Shown here: positions 10,049 to 19,828 of the stretch, piece after piece
Layout of the letters: each line of letters opens with the position of its first letter
Numbering within the stretch: position 1 is the stretch's first letter
NCBI RefSeq assembly: GCF_004321985.1
Contig: NZ_SCQN01000009.1
Location: forward strand, 25,033 to 89,032
Direction: 5' to 3'
DNA: 64,000 nucleotides
DNA from: Castellaniella sp.
Lineage (GTDB): Bacteria > Pseudomonadota > Gammaproteobacteria > Burkholderiales > Burkholderiaceae_B
Position numbers and translations under genes: made by a program
Notes under the pieces: model-generated
What the model was told of the DNA's origin: nothing
Databases searched by the model: none
Seen by the model: only the letters and a program-made list of their open reading frames with translations

Positions 10049-10813
10049 TCAGGTCATCAGCCAGCCGCCGGCCACGTCCACGACCTGGCCGGTCACGAAG
10101 CCGGCCTCCGGCGACGTCAGAAAGGCGCAGACCTCGGCGACTTCGGAAGGTTCGCCCAAGCGCCGCAACGGTGTCTCGCGGATGATGGCATCGTTGGCCG
10201 TACCGGCCACCGTTTTCAGCAGCGGTGTATTGATGCGCCCCGGCGCAATGGCATTGACGGTAATGCCGTGCGGCCCCAACTCCGCGGCCGCATGGCGTGT
10301 AAAGCCGATCAGCGCGGCCTTCGTGGTGCTGTAGTGCACGGCGACGATGTCGGTCAGCGGTGCCTTGCCCGCGACGGAGGACATCGAGACGATGCGGCCG
10401 AATCGCCGTTCCTGCATGCCGGGCGCCAGCAGGTGTGTCAGATAGAAGGCCGCATTCAGGTTGACCCCCACGACTCGGTCCCACTCCGCGGGATCCATCG
10501 CAGCAATCGTGGCCGGATGCCCGTCGTGCTTGGGGGAGATACCTGCATTGTTCACCAGCGTGTCGATCGGACCCAGCACGCTGCAGATTCTCTCGACCGC
10601 GTGCTGGCAGCCATCGGGTGTACCCACGTCCGCCGCCACGAATACCACCGTGTGACCCTGTTCACGCAAGCGTCGGCACATGGCGTCGCCACGGGCCTCG
10701 TCCAAGTCCACGATCCCGACATGCGCGCCTTCTGCCACATAGCGATCCACGATGGCACTGCCGATGCCGCCCGTGCCCCCCGTCACCAGGACGACTCTGC
10801 CCTCATGCCTCAT
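10049..10813 (-). CDS. Short-chain dehydrogenase/reductase (FabG-like)
   Basis: TGGTGGIG, NNAG, YSTTK. Start taken at MRHEGR (GGGGGAAAAG upstream); 10831 is an alternative. Confidence 0.9.
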   Translation of the reverse strand: MRHEGRVVLVTGGTGGIGSAIVDRYVAEGAHVGIVDLDEARGDAMCRRLREQGHTVVFVAADVGTPDGCQHAVERICSVLGPIDTLVNNAGISPKHDGHPATIAAMDPAEWDRVVGVNLNAAFYLTHLLAPGMQERRFGRIVSMSSVAGKAPLTDIVAVHYSTTKAALIGFTRHAAAELGPHGITVNAIAPGRINTPLLKTVAGTANDAIIRETPLRRLGEPSEVAEVCAFLTSPEAGFVTGQVVDVAGGWLMT

Positions 10814-11801
10814 CTTTTCCCCCATTGACATCGAGAATGATCTTGCCGATATGCCGGCTGCTTTCCATCAGCTCGTGCGCGGCGCGTGCCTCAGCCAGCG
10901 GGAATACCCGGTGGATGACCGGCAGGCAGCGCCCCGATTCCAGGATGGGCCAGACATTGGATTCCACCGATGCCGCCAGCTCAGCCTTTTGCTGCACCGA
11001 CCGCGCCCTCAAGGTGGACCCCGTGAAAGTCAGACGGCGGAGCATGATGGGCATGGCATCCAGCTCCACGCGGCTACCCTGCAGAAAGGCAATCTGTACC
11101 AGCCGCCCCTCCAGTGCCAGACACCGGATGTTGCGCGGGATGTAGTCTCCGCCCACCATGTCCAGCACCACATCGACCCCCTTGCCGCCGGTCTCCCGGG
11201 CCACCACCTGGACGAAATCCTCGTCGTGGTAATTGATCGCCACGTCAGCCCCGAGCCCTCGGCAGGCTTGCGCCTTGTCCGCATTGCCCACGGTCGTCAG
11301 GACTCGGGCGCCATGCGCCTTGGCAAGCTGGATGGCCGTCAGACCGATGCCGCTGGAACCGCCGTGCACCAGCACGCTTTCACCCGCCTGAAGCCGGCCG
11401 CGCTGAAACAGATTCGTCCAGACGGTAAAGTACGTCTCCGGCAAAGCGCTGGCCTGGACCATGGACAGCCCGTGGGGCACCGGAAGGCAATGGCCGGCAT
11501 CCACCACGCAATACTCGGCGTAGCCGCCACCCGGGGTCAATGCACAAACGCGATCGCCCGCTTTCCAGCGCATGACGCCCGTGCCCACCCGAACAATCTC
11601 CCCGGATACCTCCAGCCCCAGATACGGCGAGGCATCGGGCGGTGGCGGGTAGGATCCCGACCGCTGCAGAACATCCGGGCGATTGACTCCCGCGTAGTGC
11701 ACCGCGATGAGCACCTGTCCGGATCCCGGCTCCGGCACCGGGGCATCCACGAGCCTCAGGACGCTCGCATCTCCGCCCTCACCATGGTCGATCAATCTCA
11801 T
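10803..11801 (-). CDS. NAD(P)H-quinone oxidoreductase (zeta-crystallin/PIG3-type MDR)
   Basis: GVNRPDVLQRSGSYPPPP, LGLEVSG, VHGGSSGIG; ATG 11801 preceded by GAGG. Confidence 0.92.
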   Translation of the reverse strand: MRLIDHGEGGDASVLRLVDAPVPEPGSGQVLIAVHYAGVNRPDVLQRSGSYPPPPDASPYLGLEVSGEIVRVGTGVMRWKAGDRVCALTPGGGYAEYCVVDAGHCLPVPHGLSMVQASALPETYFTVWTNLFQRGRLQAGESVLVHGGSSGIGLTAIQLAKAHGARVLTTVGNADKAQACRGLGADVAINYHDEDFVQVVARETGGKGVDVVLDMVGGDYIPRNIRCLALEGRLVQIAFLQGSRVELDAMPIMLRRLTFTGSTLRARSVQQKAELAASVESNVWPILESGRCLPVIHRVFPLAEARAAHELMESSRHIGKIILDVNGGKDEA

Positions 11802-11810
11802 ACCTGTATC

Positions 11811-11843
11811 CTCAATATTGAAGCGCTTCAAAAAGCGTATCAA
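11811..11843 (-). promoter_or_regulatory. LacI-type operator TTGAAGCGCTTCAA (11818-11831) overlapping a candidate sigma70 promoter (TTGATA-17-CAATAT on minus strand)
   Basis: Perfect 14-bp palindrome with central CG, 17-30 nt upstream of the quinone oxidoreductase ATG; identical copy at 30031. Confidence 0.75.
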
Positions 11844-12057
11844 AAAACGGCCGGATCTGTCAGGCACGAAGTCCCACACGTCCAGCCTTCTTCGGGTGAA
11901 GCCGCACCATGCACCCGCTGCGGCAACTGCAACAACACTTTAGCGCAACAAAATCCATCCGGCCACAAGCAATCGCAACACAGGTACGAGCCGGGCCGCC
12001 CGGCCACCGCCAACGAACCAAGCGGAGAACAGTCACGGCGACTCGTTCAAAGGATCT

Positions 12058-13455
12058 CTAGATGTGCAATGCCCGTTCATACGCCGCGAGAACAGCCTCA
12101 TGCATCGCCTCGGACTGCGTGGGATGCGGGAACACCGTCCGCATCAGATCCTCCTCGGTCGCCTCCAGCCCCATGGCGACCGCATAGCCATGGATCATCT
12201 CCGTCACCTCGGCCCCCACCATATGAGCACCCAGGAGTTCGCCACTGGCCGCGTCCATCACGACCTTGACAAAACCCTCGGTATCGCCGAGGGCAATTGC
12301 CTTCCCGTTGGCGGCGAATGGGAAGCGGCCCACACGCACCTCACGGCCCCCGGCATGCGCCTGTGCCTCTGTCAGGCCCACATGCGCTACCTGTGGATGG
12401 CTGTATGTGCAAGCTGGAATCCGTGTTGCGTCCAGCGGATGCGGCTTGCCTCCAGCAATGGCCTCCACACAAGTTACCGCCTCATGCGAGGCCTTGTGTG
12501 CCAGCCACGGGGCGCCCGCCAAGTCGCCAATGGCATACACCCCCGGCTCATGCGTGGCACCCAGAGCGTCCGTCAACACATGAGAGCGCTCCACTCTGAC
12601 CGCTGTCCGCTCCAGGCCCAGGCCCTCGTAGTTACCGACGATGCCGGCCGCAACCAGAACCACCTCCGCTTCCAGAGGTTGGGCTACCCCCTGAAGCATG
12701 ATCCGCCACACGGCGCCGACCCGCTGGCTGCCGGCAACGCGCGCACCAAGATGAATCTCCATGCCCTGCTTACGCAACGAGGCTGCAACAAAAGCGGAGA
12801 CTTCCTCGTCTTCTGGGGGCAGGATGCGGTCGGCCATTTCCACGATCCGCACCTGAACACCCAGCGCGTGATAGAAACTGGCGAACTCAACGCCGATCGC
12901 CCCGGCTCCGATGACCACCATGCGCGGTGGCAGAAATCGGGGAGACAGCGCTTCGCGGTAATACCAGACGCTGGCCGGATCGGGGTCCAGACCCGGCAGC
13001 ACCCGCGCTCTGGCACCCGTTGCCAGAATGATGTGCGCCGCTCGAAGCGAGGACTCACGGCCGGATGCCTGTGACCCTTCGAGCCGGATGGCACCACCGC
13101 CTGCCAGGCTCGCGCAAGCGCGAATCACTTCGACGCCGTTCTTCTTCAGTAAATAGGAAACGCCGCGCTGCAGCTCTCCCGCCACCTTGCGCGAGCGGCC
13201 AACCATGGCCGGCAGGTCGGCCACGGGCTGCCCCACCGTCACCCCGTAGCGATCGGCCATTCGGACCAGCCGCAGCACGTCGGCGGACCGGAGCAAGGCC
13301 TTGGTGGGAATGCATCCCCAGTTCAAACACACCCCGCCCAGCTCGGCCTGCTCCACCAGCGCCGTGCGCAATCCCAGTTGTGCGGCCCGGATGGCGGCCA
13401 CATAGCCACCCGGGCCGCCGCCAATGACCGCCACATCGTAATCAACCGATTTCAT
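12058..13455 (-). CDS. lpdA: Dihydrolipoyl dehydrogenase (E3)
   Basis: GGGPGGY, redox motif GGVCLNWGCIPTK, GAGAIGVE, HPTQSE. Confidence 0.95.
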   Translation of the reverse strand: MKSVDYDVAVIGGGPGGYVAAIRAAQLGLRTALVEQAELGGVCLNWGCIPTKALLRSADVLRLVRMADRYGVTVGQPVADLPAMVGRSRKVAGELQRGVSYLLKKNGVEVIRACASLAGGGAIRLEGSQASGRESSLRAAHIILATGARARVLPGLDPDPASVWYYREALSPRFLPPRMVVIGAGAIGVEFASFYHALGVQVRIVEMADRILPPEDEEVSAFVAASLRKQGMEIHLGARVAGSQRVGAVWRIMLQGVAQPLEAEVVLVAAGIVGNYEGLGLERTAVRVERSHVLTDALGATHEPGVYAIGDLAGAPWLAHKASHEAVTCVEAIAGGKPHPLDATRIPACTYSHPQVAHVGLTEAQAHAGGREVRVGRFPFAANGKAIALGDTEGFVKVVMDAASGELLGAHMVGAEVTEMIHGYAVAMGLEATEEDLMRTVFPHPTQSEAMHEAVLAAYERALHI

Positions 13456-13462
13456 GATGTCT

Positions 13463-14737
13463 TCAGACCAGAGCCGCCAGAGGGTTTTCGATGATGCGAC
13501 GGAAGGCGCCCAGCCATTCGGCGGCCACCGCGCCATCAATGGCGCGGTGATCGACGGACAACGTGACGATCATCATCGGCGCCACTTCCACGACGCCATC
13601 CGGACCCGCCACCACTCGCTGCTCGATGGCTCCAACCGCCAGAATGGCGGCCTGCGGCGGATTGATGATGGCGGCAAACTCCGTCGTCCCGTACATGCCC
13701 AGGTTGCTGATCGTGAAACTGCCCCCCTGGTACTCTGGCGGCGAGAGCCTGCCTTCGCGAGCTCGGGCGGCCAGGGCGGCGATCTCCGCGCTGACCCGCG
13801 ACAGGGACTTGTCCTGGACGCCGCGAACGACCGGGGTGATCAGCCCGGAAGGCGTCGAGACCGCCACCGACAGATCCACCCCGGAATGGCGGATCAACGC
13901 ATCGTCGGTCCAGCTGACATTCATGTCCGGGTGCTCCGTCAAGGCCACGGCCACCGCCTTGACCACGATGTCGTTGATGGACACATGGCGCCCGCCTTCG
14001 TTGATCTGCCGGCGCAGCGCGGCAAGCGCCTGCATGCGGCACTCGGACCGAAGATAAAAGTGCGGGATTGTGGTCTTGCTCTCGAGCAGGCGCCGGGCGA
14101 TCGTGCGCCGCATGGCGGAATGAGGAACCGCGACGTCGCCCGGCGCCAGCGAGGCAGCCCGCGAAGCCACCGGCTCCGCCGGGACGGCGGGCGGGACGGC
14201 TGCCGCGGCGCGCGCAAGCGCCGCCTGGACGTCACGCTTCACGATCCTGCCGTGAGGACCGCTGCCGGCCAATCCCTGCAGGGGCAGACCCGCCCGCGCA
14301 GCCAGCCTGCGTGCGAGCGGACTGGCAAACACCCGCTCCGGCGCCGCGTCAGTCAATGACGACTGAGGCACCGGGGGAACAGCGGGCGCGGACGCCACTG
14401 GCACGCCCTGGCTGCCCGTCCCCGCCAGCGCCACTTTCGTCGCCGCCGCCCCAGCCGGTTGCCCCGACAGCAGCGCGTCCACATCGGTGGCCTGCTCACC
14501 GGGCGCGAGCAGGACCGCCACCGGCGCACCCACCCGGGCGGCCTGACCCGCCGGGACCAGGATGCGTCCAAGTTGCCCCGCTGATTCAGAGGTCAGCTCG
14601 ACGACCGCCTTGTCCGTCTCGATTTCCGCCACGCATTCACCAACCGCGATGGCGTCACCTTCCGCTTTCGCCCAGGCGACAATGACCGCCGATTCCACAT
14701 TGGCCGATACCTCCGGCATCCGCAACAGAGTCGCCAT
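13463..14737 (-). CDS. Dihydrolipoamide acyltransferase (E2), complete
   Basis: Lipoyl motif IETDKA, subunit-binding ASPLARRLA...GSGPHGRI, catalytic DHRAIDG. Confidence 0.95.
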   Translation of the reverse strand: MATLLRMPEVSANVESAVIVAWAKAEGDAIAVGECVAEIETDKAVVELTSESAGQLGRILVPAGQAARVGAPVAVLLAPGEQATDVDALLSGQPAGAAATKVALAGTGSQGVPVASAPAVPPVPQSSLTDAAPERVFASPLARRLAARAGLPLQGLAGSGPHGRIVKRDVQAALARAAAAVPPAVPAEPVASRAASLAPGDVAVPHSAMRRTIARRLLESKTTIPHFYLRSECRMQALAALRRQINEGGRHVSINDIVVKAVAVALTEHPDMNVSWTDDALIRHSGVDLSVAVSTPSGLITPVVRGVQDKSLSRVSAEIAALAARAREGRLSPPEYQGGSFTISNLGMYGTTEFAAIINPPQAAILAVGAIEQRVVAGPDGVVEVAPMMIVTLSVDHRAIDGAVAAEWLGAFRRIIENPLAALV

Positions 14738-14738
14738 G

Positions 14739-16946
14739 TCAGTTGCCTCCCCGAGCCCGAACGGGCGCTCCCTGCCCGGCCATGATGCGTTCCAGGCCTT
14801 CCATCACCTCCTCGGTACGCGCGCAGGCCGCGCGTTCCAGAACCTTGGAGATACTGGGCGAGGCCTCGCCCCCGGTCACCCGCTGCACGGGCTGGTCCAG
14901 CCAGTCGAAGAACCTGCGCTGGATTTCGTCGCCCAGCCAGCCGCCGTAGGCAGTTCCGGACGACCCCTGTTCCACGATCAGCACATTGTTGGTCTTGCGG
15001 ATGCTGGCACCCACCGTCTCCCAGTCCAGGCTCGCCCGATCAAGCCAGCGCAGGTCGATCACCTCGGCATCCACCCCGGTCTTTTCCACCGCATCCAGTG
15101 AATGCTGGACCATGGACAGATACGTCAGCACCGTGGCATCCCTGCCCTCGCGGCGCACGGCCGCGCGGCCAAAGGCCGTCTGGAAGTCGAAATCATCTAC
15201 GGGCGCCAGACCGGTGCTGTTGTACAGGTCCACGTGCTCGATCACCAGAACGGGATCCTCGATCCGCAAGGCGGCATTCATCAACCCCACGTAATCGAAA
15301 GGCGTGGACGGCGCGACGATGCGCCAGCCCGGACTGGTGGCGAAGATGCCTGCGGGATCCATGGAATGCTGAGATCCGTAGCCCGTCCCCATGGCCACCT
15401 TGGAACGCAGCACCAGAGGCATCCGGATATCCCCGCCGAACATATGGCGCGCCTTGCCGATCTGGTTGAAAACCTGATCAGCCGCCACCCACAGGAAATC
15501 GGGGTACATGAACTCCACCACCGGACGAAAACGGCCGTTCATGGCAATGCCGCCGCCCAGACCCGCAAACGCGTTTTCGCTGATCGGTGTGCCGAGGACC
15601 CGATCCGGGAAGCGATCGTGCAGGCCCCGGGTGGCGCCATTGGTGCCGCCCTTGAGACGATGCACATCCTCCCCAAGGATCACGATGCGGTCATCCACCA
15701 CCATGCGGCGCTCCATGGTCTCGGCAACCACGTCGATGAACTTGCGCTCCTCGAGCTTGCCCTTGAAGGTGGACTGTTCCTCGGTCCGCACACCGCGCAG
15801 TTCGTGGAGTTCGCTGCGCACGCCCACGTCGCGGAATCCCGGATCTGGCCACAACTCGGGCCGGATGCGGCGCTTGCCAGGCCGTTCCGGATCGGCCTCG
15901 ATGAGGGCAGCCACGGCCTGGCGCATCCCTTCCTGCATCCGCGCGCGCAGCGTCTCCAGATCCGCGTCGGATGCCATCCCCAGGGCTTTCATGCGCTTGC
16001 CCAGCGCCGCCAGCGGATCGCGCGCGCGCCAGCTGGCCTCTTCTTCCTTGGATCGATAGCCGAACGCGCTGCCCGGATAACCCCCATTCTGGTGCAAATA
16101 GCGATAGACGTCCGCTTCGATCAGGGTGGGACCATTGCCGGCCCGCATATGGGCAACCGCCTGCCGCATGGCAAGATGCACGGCATAGGCGTCCATGCCG
16201 TCTACCTTCCAGCTCGGAATGTTGAAGGCGCCGCCGCGCGAGGACAGACGCGGCTCGGCGGTGGACTCTTCCACTTTGGTGGAGACGGCGTAGCGATTGT
16301 TCTCGATGAAAAAGCACAATGGCAGCTTCCAGGCGGCCGCCAGATTCATGGACTCCAGGACGGAACCGATGTTGGTGGCCCCATCGCCGAAAAACGTGAC
16401 CGAGACATCATCGGTACCGGCGTGGCGATGCGCCCAGGCGGACCCCGCCGCAAACGGCACCCCGCCCCCAACGATCGCATTGGTGCCCATGACACCAGCC
16501 TCGGCCCAGCGCAAATGCATGGAGCCACCGCGCCCGCGGCAGAACCCCTGCGAGAGCCCCAGGATCTCCGCCAGCGTGCGCTGCAGCAGCGCCTGCACGT
16601 CCTCGCCCAGCGGCGCACGCGGGTCGGCGCGGCCGGGCCGGAGATGGGCCAGCGATTTCGCGAGGAAATGATGGTGCCCGCGGTGGGAGCCATTGACCTG
16701 GTCCGCCGAGCGCAGGAACGCGAGCGCGCCGGCCGCGCCGCCCTCCTGGCCAATACTGGAGTGAGCCGGACCATGAACCAGGCCTTCCATGGCCAGATCG
16801 ACCACCGTTTCCTCGAAAGCGCGGATCAGATGCATGTGCGTCAGCAGCGTCCCCAGCACGTCGGGATCCGCCGTCTTCCAGTCCCTTTCGGTGACACGCA
16901 GTTCCGACCACTCGGATGCGGGTGTGAGTGCTATCAGCTTCGACAT
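14739..16946 (-). CDS. Fused alpha+beta E1 of a TPP-dependent 2-oxoacid/acetoin dehydrogenase (735 aa)
   Basis: Start MSKLIAL at 16946 (GGAG RBS); alpha part HSSIGQE, FFGDGATN..ENN; beta part GEDV, TPISE, single reading frame. Confidence 0.93.
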   Translation of the reverse strand: MSKLIALTPASEWSELRVTERDWKTADPDVLGTLLTHMHLIRAFEETVVDLAMEGLVHGPAHSSIGQEGGAAGALAFLRSADQVNGSHRGHHHFLAKSLAHLRPGRADPRAPLGEDVQALLQRTLAEILGLSQGFCRGRGGSMHLRWAEAGVMGTNAIVGGGVPFAAGSAWAHRHAGTDDVSVTFFGDGATNIGSVLESMNLAAAWKLPLCFFIENNRYAVSTKVEESTAEPRLSSRGGAFNIPSWKVDGMDAYAVHLAMRQAVAHMRAGNGPTLIEADVYRYLHQNGGYPGSAFGYRSKEEEASWRARDPLAALGKRMKALGMASDADLETLRARMQEGMRQAVAALIEADPERPGKRRIRPELWPDPGFRDVGVRSELHELRGVRTEEQSTFKGKLEERKFIDVVAETMERRMVVDDRIVILGEDVHRLKGGTNGATRGLHDRFPDRVLGTPISENAFAGLGGGIAMNGRFRPVVEFMYPDFLWVAADQVFNQIGKARHMFGGDIRMPLVLRSKVAMGTGYGSQHSMDPAGIFATSPGWRIVAPSTPFDYVGLMNAALRIEDPVLVIEHVDLYNSTGLAPVDDFDFQTAFGRAAVRREGRDATVLTYLSMVQHSLDAVEKTGVDAEVIDLRWLDRASLDWETVGASIRKTNNVLIVEQGSSGTAYGGWLGDEIQRRFFDWLDQPVQRVTGGEASPSISKVLERAACARTEEVMEGLERIMAGQGAPVRARGGN

Positions 16947-16960
16947 GAACAAACTCCAAA

Positions 16961-17785
16961 TCAAATATATCCGTAGGCCGACCAGCCGCCGTCCGCGACG
17001 GCGACGTGACCATTGATGAACGCCGCGTTGTCCGAGGCCAGGAACAGCACCAGAGCCGCGATTTCCTCCGGGGTGCCCAGCCGACCCAACGGGGTCCGCC
17101 TCGACAGCGCATCCAGATCCATCCGCCCCCGCGCCACCAGGTCGTCCACCAGCGCGGTGCGCACATATCCTGGCGCAATGGCGTTGACCCGCACCCCTAG
17201 CGGACCCCATTCCACTGCCAGCGACTTGGTCAGCATGGCCACCGCCGCCTTGCTGGCGCAATAGGCGGCCCGGTTGGGGGCCGCGACCACGCCGTACATG
17301 GACGACGTGTTGACGATGACGCCGCGGCCCCGGGCCGTCATGAGGCGGCCAGCCGCGCGGGCGCAGTAGAAAACCCCATTCAGGTTGACGTCCATGGCCT
17401 TGCGCCATTGGTCGCCCGGAAGCTCCAGCGTCGGGCAATTCATGGAAATCCCGGCATTGTTGAGCAGCACATCCACATGGCCCCAGGCCTGTTCCGTCTC
17501 GGCAAAGACTTGGTCCACGGCCGCTTCGTCATTGACCAGCCCCTGGCGACACTGGATCCCCACGCCGGGATTCGCGGCTTCGAGCTCGGCCCGCACTCTT
17601 TCCATGCCCTCGGCATCCATGTCGAACAGCACCAGCCGCGACTGACAGGCGGCGAAGGCGTGAGCCATTGCACGCCCCAGACCGCTGGCCGCGCCAGTAA
17701 TGAAAACCACCTTGTCAGCCAAACCGGCAAAACCATTCCCGCGCGCCATTCCGACCAGAGCGGCCATCGAGTCCTGCATCCTCAT
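16961..17785 (-). CDS. Short-chain dehydrogenase/reductase
   Basis: TGAASGLG, NNAG, YCASK. Confidence 0.92.
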   Translation of the reverse strand: MRMQDSMAALVGMARGNGFAGLADKVVFITGAASGLGRAMAHAFAACQSRLVLFDMDAEGMERVRAELEAANPGVGIQCRQGLVNDEAAVDQVFAETEQAWGHVDVLLNNAGISMNCPTLELPGDQWRKAMDVNLNGVFYCARAAGRLMTARGRGVIVNTSSMYGVVAAPNRAAYCASKAAVAMLTKSLAVEWGPLGVRVNAIAPGYVRTALVDDLVARGRMDLDALSRRTPLGRLGTPEEIAALVLFLASDNAAFINGHVAVADGGWSAYGYI

Positions 17786-17843
17786 CTCCTACAACCGTCT
17801 TCACGCACCTGCCCATCGAGGTGCGAATCGCCGCGACCCAGGA

Positions 17844-18326
17844 TCACCCCGCGGCCTGAAGGTCGGGCCGGTAGGCGGCGATGTCGTCGTACTGCACCAG
17901 TTCAACGATGTGGCCCTCCGGGTCCCGAAAGAAAACGAGCCAGGTACCGGGGCGGACTTCGACCGGTTCCGGACCCGTCATGCACTGAACTCCGTGGGCC
18001 AGCACGCGGCTGCACGCTGACCGGATATCGTCGATGATGAACGTGATGTAGCTGCTGCCCGGCTGGTCAAGGACAAAGGACGGCTGTGGCGCCGCGGCCG
18101 CCGGCGACTCCGGCGCGAGCAGCTTCAGGCGTTCGCCGTTGGAGGCCTGCAGCCGCACCACGACATAGGCCTGTTCGCTCAGCGCCGCCTGGCGGGCCTT
18201 GACCGCCGGAACCCGGATCTCGTTGACGAACGAGAGTCCCAGGACGGTTTCATAGAACTCGCGCATCTTCCGCAAATCCCGGACGTTCAAGCCCACTTCC
18301 AGGGGCGCGACCATTTTCATCGACAC
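17844..18326 (-). CDS. VOC/glyoxalase-family protein
   Basis: EVGLNVRDL....FYETVLGL, YITFIIDDI, FFRDPEGHIVELVQ; GGAGG RBS. Confidence 0.88.
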   Translation of the reverse strand: MSMKMVAPLEVGLNVRDLRKMREFYETVLGLSFVNEIRVPAVKARQAALSEQAYVVVRLQASNGERLKLLAPESPAAAAPQPSFVLDQPGSSYITFIIDDIRSACSRVLAHGVQCMTGPEPVEVRPGTWLVFFRDPEGHIVELVQYDDIAAYRPDLQAAG

Positions 18327-18350
18327 TTCAACCTCCTTGGCAATGACTAT

Positions 18351-19076
18351 TCACACGGCCAACCATTCGTCCAGGAGAGTAGGATGCGCGGCAAGATCAC
18401 CGGGCGTCCCCTCGAAGACGATCTGTCCGTGTCCCATGACACAGACCCTGCTTGAAACCTTCAGCGCGATCGTGAGCTTCTGCTCGACCAGGATCACCGC
18501 CACACCGCGGCGATGAATGTCCCGGATCATGTCTCCCACCGCCGCCACGATCTTGGGTGCCAGGCCCTCGGTCGGTTCATCGATCAGCATCAGCAGCGGG
18601 TTGCCCAGCAGGGCCCTGCACATGGTCAGCATCTGCTGCTCACCACCCGACAGGCTGCCGGCCATCGTGTTGCGGCGTTCCTTCAGCCTGGGGAAATAGT
18701 CGAACATCTGTTCGATTGTCCAGACCGGCGCCCCTGCCACCGCGGGCTGAACCCCCAGCCTCAGGTTCTCGTCCACCGTCAGATTGGTGAAGATCTCGCG
18801 CTCCTCCGGGACATATCCAATGCCGCTGCGGCAGACCAGAAAGGGGCGGCGGCCCGCCAGCTCCCGGCCCTGGAGGCGGATGGAGCCGGCGGCGGGCATC
18901 ACTAGCCCCATGATCGCCTTCAGGGTGGTCGAACGCCCGGACCCGTTGCGCCCGAGCAAGCTGATCACCTCGCCGCGCGCCACGTCAAAACTGACGCCAT
19001 GGAGGATATGGCTCTTGCCGTAATAAGCGTTGAGGTCGGAGACCTGAAACAATTGATCCGCGCCGCCCGCCATCAC
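18351..19076 (-). CDS. livF: HAAT (Liv-type) ABC transporter ATP-binding protein
   Basis: GRNGSGRST, LSGGEQQML, IDEPTEGLAP. Confidence 0.93.
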   Translation of the reverse strand: MMAGGADQLFQVSDLNAYYGKSHILHGVSFDVARGEVISLLGRNGSGRSTTLKAIMGLVMPAAGSIRLQGRELAGRRPFLVCRSGIGYVPEEREIFTNLTVDENLRLGVQPAVAGAPVWTIEQMFDYFPRLKERRNTMAGSLSGGEQQMLTMCRALLGNPLLMLIDEPTEGLAPKIVAAVGDMIRDIHRRGVAVILVEQKLTIALKVSSRVCVMGHGQIVFEGTPGDLAAHPTLLDEWLAV

Positions 19077-19828
19077 GCAGCCTCCTCACCCAGATAGGCT
19101 TCCTTCACGACCGGATTGGCTCGGATCTCGTCCGGGGTGCCGGTCGCCACGATGCGTCCGTACACCAGAACGCTGATGCGGTCGCTCAGACCGAACACCA
19201 CATCCATGTCGTGTTCGACGATAAACAGCGTCTTCCCCTGAGTGACGTCGCGAATCAGATCCACCGCATAAGCGGTCTCCTCGCGCGACATGCCGGCCAT
19301 GGGCTCGTCGAGCAGGATGACCGTTGGCCGGGAAGCAAGCGCCATGCCGATTTCCAGTGAGCGCTGCTCCGAATAGGACAGCTCGCTGGCCGGCGTGGAC
19401 GCGCGGCCGGCCAGGCGCAGGCGCTCCAGCAGTTCCTCGGTCTCCCGGGTGACTTGGGTCCGGCGGGCAATGGATTTCCAGAACACGTACTGCAGGCCAT
19501 GCTGGCGCATGACGGCCAGGCGCAGGTTTTCAAACACGGAAAGGCCGGGAAATACGTTCGTGATCTGGAACGAGCGCGCGAGCCCCAGGTGGTTGACCCG
19601 GTCAGGGGGCAGGCCCGAAATCTTCTGGTCGCCCAGGAACACTTCCCCGGCGCTCAGGCCCAGCTGTCCCGAAATCAGGTGGAACAGGGTCGACTTTCCG
19701 GCTCCGTTCGGCCCGATCAGCGCATGGCGCTCTCCCGGAACGAGGTCCAGATCCACGCCGTTGATGATGTCGATGGTGCCAAATGACTTGCGCACACCGC
19801 GCAGCGAAAGAGCGGACAGGCCGTTCAT
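19073..19828 (-). CDS. livG: HAAT (Liv-type) ABC transporter ATP-binding protein
   Basis: GPNGAGKST, LARSFQITN, LLDEPMAGM, EAYLG. Confidence 0.93.
   Translation of the reverse strand: MNGLSALSLRGVRKSFGTIDIINGVDLDLVPGERHALIGPNGAGKSTLFHLISGQLGLSAGEVFLGDQKISGLPPDRVNHLGLARSFQITNVFPGLSVFENLRLAVMRQHGLQYVFWKSIARRTQVTRETEELLERLRLAGRASTPASELSYSEQRSLEIGMALASRPTVILLDEPMAGMSREETAYAVDLIRDVTQGKTLFIVEHDMDVVFGLSDRISVLVYGRIVATGTPDEIRANPVVKEAYLGEEAA

Noticed and set aside
15102-16976. 624-aa plus-strand ORF (and similar long ORFs 10752-12269, 49957-51855, 56308-57948, 41678-43180, 60005-61210)
   Set aside because: Antisense or alternate-frame shadows of well-supported genes in high-GC DNA; no recognisable motifs
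16947-17438. 164-aa N-terminal extension of the fused E1 in the 899-aa track ORF
   Set aside because: Overlaps the upstream SDR in another frame; a real RBS and start occur at 16946
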